Shown here in pieces: positions 9,711-18,524 of a stretch of 51,203 nt of DNA (its first letter is position 1; every line of letters starts with the position of its first letter). A model generated the notes under the pieces. The model saw only the letters and a list, made by a program, of their open reading frames with translations. It made no database searches and was not told the origin of the DNA. A program made the position numbers and the translations under genes. Origin of the DNA: a virus (Duplodnaviria > Caudoviricetes); the IMG/VR virus record IMGVR_UViG_3300028840_000792, positions 1-51,203 of that record; one strand, written 5' to 3'.

Positions 9711-10862
9711 ATGGCGTTAACTGGATGGGGTAGAAGGTGTGAACTCACCATACAGGGAGCCGAGGTTACCGGCTCTCCTTCTGATATGATTGTCAAGCTG
9801 TGGTGGGACGGCAGTTCTCTTACTTCCAATGTTCCACAGGAGATGATGGATGGTGACGGTAGCTATCCTTGTTTGTCAGATGGTGGGGACATTAGGATAT
9901 CATCAGATATTGACGGAAACACTCTATTAAATCTGCATATCAGAAGTATAACCCTAGACAATAATCCTGCGAACTCTCGTCTGGAGGCTGCTTTTTCCAT
10001 AGACACAACCGGCTCTAATCAGGTTGTATACCTCTGGTATAACAAAGCTGGAGAAAGCCAGCCCGCTGCTTCCGCTGCTGGAGGGTATGAGGGAGTGTAT
10101 GATATATGCTATGCAGCCCTCCCACTGGATGAGACTGTAAGTCCATTTGAGGATTTTTCTGCCAACGGTAGTGATGCCACTGCCAATGGTTCTTTACCGA
10201 CAAGAGTGGCGGGTGAGGTCACTCGATATGAACAGGACTTTGATGGCAACGACTGGGCTAACTGGGACACTAATGAATTGACCACAGCAGCAGAGGATGT
10301 AGTAGTATTCTCTTGTTGGATTACTCCACGGGGGGTAGATTCTTATATGCCCATACTTGGGTCAGTAGGCGATGGTAACGATGGTGACTTCTCATTCTGG
10401 ATTGATAGTGAGTTTGATGAAATCGGGATGGTCATAATAGGTAATGATATTGATGAAGCACTTGAAGACCAGGTATGGAGCTTGGGTACACAGTATCATG
10501 TCGCTTTCAGATATCGGGCAGACTTGGACTTGGTGGAACTTTATGTAAATGGTGCTTCAAAAGGAACCACGAATTTTGATGTAAGTTATGCTTTAAGACT
10601 ACAGGAAGCTTGTAGGCTGGGAAGAGATAATTTCAGTGACTATTTTGATGGTGAGATAGATGAGGTTCTATTAATTGATGCCACCAAAGGTGACAGTTAT
10701 ATCGCAACCTATTATACATCGTGGGCTACACCAGAAGACTTTATAGATGTGGGAACACCTGTATCTCCTGGTGGAGACGGTGGTCTTTTGATGCACCCAG
10801 GAATGACAGGTCTGAATGGAAGATATTTTAACAGTGAACTCAACGGAGGAATGAACGGATGA
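9711..10862 (+). CDS. DUF2341-like plus LamG/ConA-like domain virion protein
   Basis: GW.RR..LTI, DGGDIR and YLWY in the N-terminus; FSCWI, YHVAF, LYVNG and FDGEIDEV in the C-terminus. Confidence 0.75.
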   Translation: MALTGWGRRCELTIQGAEVTGSPSDMIVKLWWDGSSLTSNVPQEMMDGDGSYPCLSDGGDIRISSDIDGNTLLNLHIRSITLDNNPANSRLEAAFSIDTTGSNQVVYLWYNKAGESQPAASAAGGYEGVYDICYAALPLDETVSPFEDFSANGSDATANGSLPTRVAGEVTRYEQDFDGNDWANWDTNELTTAAEDVVVFSCWITPRGVDSYMPILGSVGDGNDGDFSFWIDSEFDEIGMVIIGNDIDEALEDQVWSLGTQYHVAFRYRADLDLVELYVNGASKGTTNFDVSYALRLQEACRLGRDNFSDYFDGEIDEVLLIDATKGDSYIATYYTSWATPEDFIDVGTPVSPGGDGGLLMHPGMTGLNGRYFNSELNGGMNG

Positions 10863-13800
10863 AATTGTTCATTAAAAAGGGAACAACTAACAAGTCTATT
10901 GATATTTTTGTCCAAGACAGTTCAAAGACTGATGGCAGTGGTCTGACTGGTCTTGTATATAATTCATCTGGTTTAGTGTGTTATTATCACAGACCTGGTT
11001 CAGCTGCAGCAGCTTTAACACTGGCTACTCAAACAGTGACTGGTTCTCATAGTGACGGTGGTTTCGTGGAGATTTCCTCTGCTAACATGCCAGGGGTGTA
11101 TCGTCTCGATTTATCAGATGCTATACTTGCTTCTGGTGTAGACCAAGTTACTGTAATGTTGAAGGGTGCTTCAAACATGGCTCCTGTTCCTATTGAGATT
11201 CAATTAACTGGAATTGATGTAAATGATGCTACATCTGGTGGAATATCAAGGATTGATGCAAATGTCAGTTCACGTTCTTCTCATTCTGCTGCAGATGTCT
11301 GGACATCAGGAACACGTTCTCTTACTGATAAAGCCGGGTTCTCACTTTCATCCGCCGGTAATAATGCTGTTAGAGACGTTATACTGTCTGACTCTACAGC
11401 TTTCCCTGGGGCAAACATTAATGCTGCTATCAGTTCAAGGTCAAGTCATTCTGCTGCTGATGTATGGACTTCAGTAACAAGGTCACTAACAGATAAAGAT
11501 GGTTTTACTTTATCTGCTTCTGGTAACAATGCTGTTAGAGATGTAATTCTTTCTGATTCAACTGCATTTCCTGGGGCGAATATCAACGCATCTATTTCTT
11601 CACGTTCAAGCCACTCAGCAGCTGATGTTTGGACATCAGGTACTAGGTCATTAACTGATAAGGATGGATTTACTCTATCTGCTGCTGGTAATAACGCAGT
11701 ACGTGATGTGATTCTTTCAGACAGTACACCGTTTCCTGGTGCTAACATTGATGCAGCAATTACAACTAGAGCAACACCTACTCAAGTTAAGACTCAGGCT
11801 GACCAGGCTCTTGTTGATTACGATTCATCCAATGGGGTCGCTAAGGAAACTTCAGTTCAAAGTATACAAAACAACACAAGGTTTAATTGTGTTCCTGCTT
11901 CACCAATTCTTATTAAGGAAACCGGTAACAATATCTTTCCAGTGACTGTACAACTTCAAGATTCTGACGGTAATCCTGAAGACCCGGATATTCAAGAAAC
12001 TGTTCCTCTTTTAGCTGTTCTTTCCAGAGCTATCAACGGTGGTTCTGATAAGACAGCTTGGTTTGATGATGAAGCTGGTTCAACTCCGGCTACAGCTTCA
12101 AGTACATACGGTGGTAATTACGACAGAATGGTCAAGGTAAGCACTGGTCAATTCATTCTTTATTATAAGCTTCCTGATACAGAGACACCTGATGTATGGA
12201 AACTTACATTTAAGTACAAGGAGAACGGTGTTGAATTTGTTAAAGAAAGACAGTTTACTGTTGCCGATTCTAATCCTGCTACTGTGGTTCTTGCTTCAAC
12301 TGGAGTTGATGGTAATACTAATAAGGATGTGGTAGCTGGAGCTCTTAAAGAACGTGATGTATCTGGAATAAGTGATGTATCAGGTTCTATATATCAAGAT
12401 ATTGCTGGTTCAGGATATACACCAGCATCTGATAATCTTCAGGCAATACAGTCAGCTATTTCTGGAGTCCAGACTACTGCCGATAATATAGAAACTGATA
12501 CTCAAGATATACAGTCAAAGCTTGGAACACCTCCTAATCTTGGAAGTGGAGCTACGGTTGGAGACAACCTTGAAGATATTGCTGGTTCTGGCTTTACAGC
12601 TGCAGATGACCTTAGAAGTATTGGAACTACTGTAAGAGCCAACGGAGAAACTGCAGATGAAATTTACAATGATACAAAAATTGCAGTGTATCAGGGTGGC
12701 GTTTGGCTTGATTCTGGTTCAGGAAATACGGGACAGATAATAGGCGATGATGGTACACCTGATAATCCTGTGAACAACTGGACAGATGCAGTTGCATTAG
12801 CTGGAGATACAAAAACAGGATTTCATAAAATTTTTGTTATTAGTGCCCCAACACTTGATGTCAATTTAGATGTCATGGAAATAATCGGTATTAATAACAA
12901 CAATTCTGTTATTAATTTTACTGGAGGTACATATTCGTGTGATTCTGCAGTTTTTAGAAACATAACAGTCACAGGAACACCGGACAATGTAGCTCAAGCT
13001 ATATTTTATAACTGTAAAGTAAACGGATTAAAGGGAATTGAAGATGCAACTTTTTATGACTGCTATCTTGTAGGGTCATTTCAGTTCCGCAATGATTCTG
13101 CATCTGCGGCTTTCCACAACTGTTTTGATAATGTAGGACAGGGAGTTGGATTTGATGTAAATTCTCCTTCTGTTAACTGCGAATTAACATTCAGTTACTG
13201 CAGATTTTCTGAAGGAGCAATAGAAAATATAAATGGTAATTGTACTGTTGTTATCAGTGGTATTGGAAATCTTGATTTGAATTCACCATCAGGTGGTGAG
13301 ATAACTGTTCTAGGTAACTGGGATGTTATTAACACAGGAACAGCAGATGTTAAGACTTCGTTCAATATCGATCCGGTACAAAATTATCAAGGTGCTGTAT
13401 GGCTTAAATCAGGAGGCGCTTCTGGAACAACTGTAGGTTTTCATGGAGTTCCTGATAACCCATCAGGAAATTGGGCTGATGCTCTTACATTAGCTAGAGC
13501 TGGTAAAACAGGACTTAATAGAATATGTGTGGTTGGTAATGCTCCATCATTAACACAAGACATTGACAATGTCGAAATTTATGGGATAACACAATCTTCA
13601 TTTGTTGATTTCAGCACTAATCCTGGCAATTATGATGCAGCTAATACTAGATTTAGTGATATAGCTGTTTCTGGGAAATTAGGTTCTGGTGGAAGTGAAG
13701 AAATGTTTATCAGGTGTAATGCCGATGGGATAAATGGTTTTCAGGATACACGCTGGATTGATTGTGTACTATTTGGTCAGTTTACACCATTGTCTGGTGG

Positions 13801-15637
13801 AAAAGGTATTTTTTCACATTGTTGGGACGATCAGGCAAGTGGATTATCATATAATTTCAATAATCCTGGAAGTGGAACTGAAGTTGAATTTCAAGGGTGT
13901 AATTTTAGCCATATTGACATAACTAACGCAAACGCAAACTGCTCAGTAAGGCTTATAGGAGGTTCTGGAGAAATTGACTTGAATAATGTTTCAACAGCTA
14001 TGACCGTTGTAGTATCTGGAAATTGGAGAATATTAAACAAGGGATCTGCTACAATAACAGATCTTGCTAACATAACCGCTATACAAGGCAAAACTCCTGG
14101 AGCAGATACATTCGATAGAACAACTGACGCACTCGAAGCCATTGAAGAAACTGTTTCTGGAAGTTTAAATGGCTATGACAAGTATAACGGCGCTGTATGG
14201 TTAATCAACGGTGGTTCAAGCGGTCAGGTAGTTGGAACTAATGGTACAGCTGATAATCCTGTTGGAAATTGGACTGATGCTAAAGCATTGGCTGGGTCTT
14301 CTAAAACTGGATTCAGCAGAATAAATGTTATAGGAACAGTCATTCCTGTTGTTGATGTTTCACTTAGTGACTTACTCATAACTGGAATAGGGACACGATC
14401 TCCAATCAATGTAAACAGTCAAGTCATTCAGAACTGCGTGTTTGTCAATATCTGGGTATCTGGTATATATGGTGCAACAAGTTGGAGAAATAAATATGTT
14501 AATTGTTTCTTCAATGGTCTTGAAGAAATGAATGATGATATAGCCTATGATAGTGAGATTAACATCGCTAAAGTCAAGGATGGGTCTACTAACAGATTTG
14601 TTCACTGTCATGGAGAAGGAACTCTTAGTTTTGAAAATGCTACATTGTCTACAACTGTATATCTTGAAGATTTTTCAACTGATGTATTGTTGATTGATAA
14701 TTCAAACAGTAACTGCAATGTAAAAGCAACTGGTCGTGGAACACTGAATCTTGATAGTGGTGCATCAAACGTTTATCTTGCTGGTCATTTTAAAACAATC
14801 AATGATTCTTCTGCAAATGTGAATCATGTTTCTAATATTGGAGATAATGCTGCTGATGATTCAGTATTCGAAAAATTGGCAGAACTTAATACATACGCTT
14901 CTAGAGTTGATGGTCTTATTGAAGATTCGTCAGGTGACAGATTCACAGAAAAAGCTCTTGAAGAAGCTCCTACTGGTGGAGATGCTACTGAAGCAAAACA
15001 AGATTCTATTCTTGAAGACATTGTAGATATGAAAGGTACAGGATTCGCTAAGGACACTGATTCTCTTGTTAATCTTTCTCATAAGGCCGGTACAAAAGGA
15101 ACTGATGATATACATGACACTATGGCTCTTAATTCGACTGTTGCTAAGGATGCAACTGTTTCAAAGGCTACTGGAACAAAGGGTACTGATAATATACATG
15201 ATGACTTAGCAACACTGTCAGGAGTTGTTGCTCTTGAATCAACATTAATTACACTGGCTGGTGTAGTTGCATTAGATTCTACAGTTGCTAAGGAATCAAC
15301 ATTATCAGCATTAGCTGGAGTTGTTGCTCTTGATTCTACTGTTGCTAAGGAGTCAACACTTTCTGGAGTTGATACTAAGGTAGCTAATGTTCAAACAAGG
15401 ATACCTTCAGCACTTCAGGATGATAGGATGAAATCTAACGTTGATGCTATCGGAGGAAGTGCTACAATCGATGGTGTTGCTCTTACAGCATGGACTGAAC
15501 TTGTTCTTGCAATGGTCAATGGAAGATTCAAGAAAGACACACCTACAACTGGACAGGTAACTTTCTACAAGAGAGATAACACAACTCCGTTAACAATTGT
15601 TAATGTAACTGATACTGAAAGAACAAGAGTGTCATAA
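10859..15637 (+). CDS. Giant repeat-rich virion protein (adhesin / tail spike-like, probable beta-helix repeats)
   Basis: 1592 aa, rich in Gly/Ser/Thr/Asp/Asn. Contains three 55-aa tandem repeats, three Y.G.VWL...G..DNP..NW.DA..LA modules each followed by beta-helix-like sequence, and C-terminal GVVALDSTVAKESTL repeats. Confidence 0.7.
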   Translation: MKLFIKKGTTNKSIDIFVQDSSKTDGSGLTGLVYNSSGLVCYYHRPGSAAAALTLATQTVTGSHSDGGFVEISSANMPGVYRLDLSDAILASGVDQVTVMLKGASNMAPVPIEIQLTGIDVNDATSGGISRIDANVSSRSSHSAADVWTSGTRSLTDKAGFSLSSAGNNAVRDVILSDSTAFPGANINAAISSRSSHSAADVWTSVTRSLTDKDGFTLSASGNNAVRDVILSDSTAFPGANINASISSRSSHSAADVWTSGTRSLTDKDGFTLSAAGNNAVRDVILSDSTPFPGANIDAAITTRATPTQVKTQADQALVDYDSSNGVAKETSVQSIQNNTRFNCVPASPILIKETGNNIFPVTVQLQDSDGNPEDPDIQETVPLLAVLSRAINGGSDKTAWFDDEAGSTPATASSTYGGNYDRMVKVSTGQFILYYKLPDTETPDVWKLTFKYKENGVEFVKERQFTVADSNPATVVLASTGVDGNTNKDVVAGALKERDVSGISDVSGSIYQDIAGSGYTPASDNLQAIQSAISGVQTTADNIETDTQDIQSKLGTPPNLGSGATVGDNLEDIAGSGFTAADDLRSIGTTVRANGETADEIYNDTKIAVYQGGVWLDSGSGNTGQIIGDDGTPDNPVNNWTDAVALAGDTKTGFHKIFVISAPTLDVNLDVMEIIGINNNNSVINFTGGTYSCDSAVFRNITVTGTPDNVAQAIFYNCKVNGLKGIEDATFYDCYLVGSFQFRNDSASAAFHNCFDNVGQGVGFDVNSPSVNCELTFSYCRFSEGAIENINGNCTVVISGIGNLDLNSPSGGEITVLGNWDVINTGTADVKTSFNIDPVQNYQGAVWLKSGGASGTTVGFHGVPDNPSGNWADALTLARAGKTGLNRICVVGNAPSLTQDIDNVEIYGITQSSFVDFSTNPGNYDAANTRFSDIAVSGKLGSGGSEEMFIRCNADGINGFQDTRWIDCVLFGQFTPLSGGKGIFSHCWDDQASGLSYNFNNPGSGTEVEFQGCNFSHIDITNANANCSVRLIGGSGEIDLNNVSTAMTVVVSGNWRILNKGSATITDLANITAIQGKTPGADTFDRTTDALEAIEETVSGSLNGYDKYNGAVWLINGGSSGQVVGTNGTADNPVGNWTDAKALAGSSKTGFSRINVIGTVIPVVDVSLSDLLITGIGTRSPINVNSQVIQNCVFVNIWVSGIYGATSWRNKYVNCFFNGLEEMNDDIAYDSEINIAKVKDGSTNRFVHCHGEGTLSFENATLSTTVYLEDFSTDVLLIDNSNSNCNVKATGRGTLNLDSGASNVYLAGHFKTINDSSANVNHVSNIGDNAADDSVFEKLAELNTYASRVDGLIEDSSGDRFTEKALEEAPTGGDATEAKQDSILEDIVDMKGTGFAKDTDSLVNLSHKAGTKGTDDIHDTMALNSTVAKDATVSKATGTKGTDNIHDDLATLSGVVALESTLITLAGVVALDSTVAKESTLSALAGVVALDSTVAKESTLSGVDTKVANVQTRIPSALQDDRMKSNVDAIGGSATIDGVALTAWTELVLAMVNGRFKKDTPTTGQVTFYKRDNTTPLTIVNVTDTERTRVS
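11267..11761 (+). repeat. Three tandem 165-nt (55-aa) intragenic repeats
   Basis: SSRSSHSAADVWTS.TRSLTDK.GF.LS..GNNAVRDVILSDST.FPGANI.A.I units start at about 11267, 11432 and 11597. Confidence 0.92.
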
Positions 15638-16320
15638 TGGCTATTGATGTAGAAAATATATCACTGTTTGGTTACGATGACCAAGGTGTTCTATCTATTT
15701 CTTCATTTGGGTATCTGACTGGTGCTCAATTTCCTGAAGTCATAAACTATTGTGCTAATTCTAGATTAAGGCTTGCTGAACAATTCAAGCCAGCTGTCCT
15801 TCTCCAGGGTTTAATCTGTTCTCTTCTTGAAGAGATACAAGACCTTGATTATGTGTTTCAGGATATGAGACTTAATCGAGCAATTGATACAGCTACGGGA
15901 GTTCAACTAGAACAGATAGCTGAAATAGTTGGTGCTGATATATCTGGTCTAACAGTACCGGCTGAAATAAGAGCACAGATAAGATTTCAAATTGGAATTA
16001 ATGTATCTAATGGAGAACCTGAAACAGTCATTGCTTTCGTTAAAGAATCAACAGACGCTGACTTTGTTCAGTATGTTGAGGTCTATCCAGCCAAGATATA
16101 TATCTTTACTGACGGTCAAACAGTTCCTCCAGGACTAAACAACTTAATTCAGGGAGTAGCACCAGCTGGTGTTGGAGTTGAAGTTGTTTCAAGTTTTGGC
16201 GATCCAACACCTTTTGCTTTTGCTCCAGAGGGTGGTATACCTGACCCTGATGGATTAGGTTTTGGAGAAACGACATATCCGTTAGAGGGTGGTCAGATAT
16301 CAGAGAAAATTACAACTTAA
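15637..16320 (+). CDS. Baseplate wedge protein (DUF2612-like)
   Basis: IDTATGVQLEQIAEIVG and PAGVGV motifs; precedes the tail fibre gene. Confidence 0.75.
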   Translation: MAIDVENISLFGYDDQGVLSISSFGYLTGAQFPEVINYCANSRLRLAEQFKPAVLLQGLICSLLEEIQDLDYVFQDMRLNRAIDTATGVQLEQIAEIVGADISGLTVPAEIRAQIRFQIGINVSNGEPETVIAFVKESTDADFVQYVEVYPAKIYIFTDGQTVPPGLNNLIQGVAPAGVGVEVVSSFGDPTPFAFAPEGGIPDPDGLGFGETTYPLEGGQISEKITT

Positions 16321-16330
16321 GGAGAAACTA

Positions 16331-17530
16331 ATGGGTGTACCTGAACCTTCAAAAGAACCTGAATGGGCATCAGTTCCTGGTGTCGATCCAGTGAGTGGTC
16401 AACCGAATATTGTAGAACCATCAGAGTCTAAAAAAGATTCTGGTTTTAATTTTAAAGAAAGACCTCCACGACAAGATTTCAACTGGTGGATGAATCTAGT
16501 CTGGGACTGGGTAAAGCATTTCAAGAGTCGTATCGCTGGTCTGTATACTAACTTATCAGCTGTTGTTGTTGCTGGTGGATTAACTCCAGACCTTGAAGAT
16601 ACTAATCAGCTTTACCCTGCTCTTCTTAGGGTATTCAATGGCAACTACATTGAAGGTTTTCGATTGATGAGTGTAGCTGTTAATTCTCCAGCAGACGGTA
16701 AGTCTATCATCGTTGTTAGTGATGGAATTGCATCTAACATGGATATGAATTTCAGATTTGATTCACAACAACAGGCTGAAACCCCGTGGCCATCAACTGG
16801 TTATCGAAAAATATGGGATGTCACAAGTGGATATACGTATGGAGAGAATCAACCAGGTATAGCTCCAGGTTCTAATCTTAGTGCGTTATGGTGGTATGTA
16901 TTCGTGTTTTATAACAGTGATACTCCTACACTTGATATCGCTTTTGATAGTGACCCGGAAGGATCGAATGTAGCTGCCATGAGTGATGTTTTAGCTTACA
17001 GAAGAATTTTCTGTTGTTTAAATGGTCTTGAACCTGGAGAAACTTTCAGTTGTCTCAGAAGAGTAACACAGTATGGTGATTATTTTATGTTCAGCCAGCC
17101 TGAGGAATTTGAAGTTGTCTCTGGTTTAAATAGCGGCGTGTTTTCTCTTCCTATTAATAACAGCAGGGCTCCAGACAAAGTGACCACCATCGGCATCATA
17201 AAAGCCGGAGCTTATTTTAAAAATATCGGAGGAACCCGGCGATATTTTCGGTGGTACAATTTTTTTGGAGACGCGAGAGCCCCCAGCTCCAGCTTGTACG
17301 ATCTGAACAAAATCAACACCCCGGACGAGTTCGTCGATTTAGGCCAGAGGCTTATCCAGCACCGCGCTCAATCTCCGACTAACAATAACTCCGTGTTCGC
17401 CGTAGACACCTTAGCGGTAGGAGAAACCATTGACATTCGATGGAGTCCTCAAGGCTGGATTGATTTACGTAACAGGGACTGGATATCTGGTCAAGGTGTA
17501 ACTAACAATTACCCAGGGATATATCTGTAA
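16331..17530 (+). CDS. Tail fibre / receptor-binding protein
   Basis: AAGGAG RBS before ATG 16331; N-terminal PEWA...EP...K..G...ERPPRQDFNW anchor and GLTPD..D.NQL motif; last gene of the tail operon. Confidence 0.75.
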   Translation: MGVPEPSKEPEWASVPGVDPVSGQPNIVEPSESKKDSGFNFKERPPRQDFNWWMNLVWDWVKHFKSRIAGLYTNLSAVVVAGGLTPDLEDTNQLYPALLRVFNGNYIEGFRLMSVAVNSPADGKSIIVVSDGIASNMDMNFRFDSQQQAETPWPSTGYRKIWDVTSGYTYGENQPGIAPGSNLSALWWYVFVFYNSDTPTLDIAFDSDPEGSNVAAMSDVLAYRRIFCCLNGLEPGETFSCLRRVTQYGDYFMFSQPEEFEVVSGLNSGVFSLPINNSRAPDKVTTIGIIKAGAYFKNIGGTRRYFRWYNFFGDARAPSSSLYDLNKINTPDEFVDLGQRLIQHRAQSPTNNNSVFAVDTLAVGETIDIRWSPQGWIDLRNRDWISGQGVTNNYPGIYL

Positions 17531-17536
17531 ACAATT

Positions 17537-17566
17537 GAGAAGTAGATTATTTCTACTTCTCTTTTT
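17537..17566 (+). terminator. Rho-independent terminator ending the late operon
   Basis: GAGAAGTAGA / TCTACTTCTC 10-bp stem followed by TTTTT. Confidence 0.85.
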
Positions 17567-17577
17567 GTCTATATTTT

Positions 17578-17731
17578 AAAACGTATACAATCGTATCCAT
17601 GAACTGGAATAGTATATCTTATTCGTTAAGGTAGTATTTAGTAGTATATAGTAATAGAAGAAGAAGTTCTATACTTAATGAATATGGTATTCCAGTACTA
17701 CAATACGATTGAATACATCAGTATACGTTTT
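17578..17731. repeat. Long nested inverted repeat (candidate origin or structured RNA)
   Basis: Four nested arms: 17578-88/17721-31, 17588-96/17703-11, 17603-11/17688-96, 17620-30/17674-84. Confidence 0.8.
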
Positions 17732-17820
17732 TATACATAGCTATTGTCAAATATTTTAGGCATAAGTAGTTATATTTTAATAACTTATAGCAAATTCAGA
17801 TTATTTTTTGAAAAATAATT

Positions 17821-17860
17821 AAAAAATCCTTTACAATGTTTGGTTTTTTGGGTATATATT
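17821..17860 (+). promoter_or_regulatory. Sigma70-type promoter for the replication operon
   Basis: A-tract, then CC-TTTACA (17830-35), 17-19 nt, then TATATA/TATATT. Confidence 0.6.
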
Positions 17861-17891
17861 ATATACATTTTCATTCCACACCAGCATAAGG

Positions 17892-18524
17892 ATGAAGCAG
17901 GGACAAATCGTATATGTACCACATGACACACTCGAAACAGTCGAGGGTAAGAGACCTGTCAAGGGAGGCTGGGCTAAGCTTGAACAATTTATGCGTGAAG
18001 ATGCAGAAGTTGAAGTTTGGCTTGTGTATTATCTTGACCACAGATACGAGTTGCCCACGCAAGAAGTATTCTGGAAAGACAACATGCCATTAATCAAAAA
18101 CGAAAAGGAGGTTATAATGGCGACAAGAAAGACCCCGAAAAAAGCTGCTAAAAAAGCTGCTAAGAAAAAAGCTGCCAAAAAGGTAGTCAAGAAAACCGCC
18201 ACCAAGGCTGCTCCGAAGAAGGATGGTAAACTTCCTCTGAGTAAGTTTGTTGCTGGTCTCATCGTCAAGGGTGGGATGAGTGACGAAAAGATGGTCGAGA
18301 AGGTTCAGTCTGAATACCCCAAGTATAAACATACAGACCTCAAGACCATCGCGTACTATCGTCGTTTCATCAACGAGGGTCGTATGGAAAATTCTGGTTT
18401 TCCTAAACCGAAGAAACCGTATGAACCCATTGGCGGTTCAAAGAAAACAGCTGAAAAGAAAACAGCTGCCAAAAAAGCCCCGACCAAGTCTGCTAAGAAG
18501 AAAGTGGCAAAGCGCAAAAGGTAA
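17892..18524 (+). CDS. Lys/Ala-rich histone H1-like DNA-binding protein (likely main start at 18117)
   Basis: KKAAKKAAKKKAAKK-type tracts flank a small globular domain; strong AAGGAGG before the in-frame ATG 18117. Confidence 0.7.
   Translation: MKQGQIVYVPHDTLETVEGKRPVKGGWAKLEQFMREDAEVEVWLVYYLDHRYELPTQEVFWKDNMPLIKNEKEVIMATRKTPKKAAKKAAKKKAAKKVVKKTATKAAPKKDGKLPLSKFVAGLIVKGGMSDEKMVEKVQSEYPKYKHTDLKTIAYYRRFINEGRMENSGFPKPKKPYEPIGGSKKTAEKKTAAKKAPTKSAKKKVAKRKR

Noticed and set aside
11267-11761. CRISPR-like array
   Set aside because: The repeats are in-frame coding units with synonymous divergence and no unique spacers.
16331-17530. Diversity-generating retroelement targeting the tail fibre tip
   Set aside because: No reverse transcriptase gene and no second (template) copy of the region were seen.
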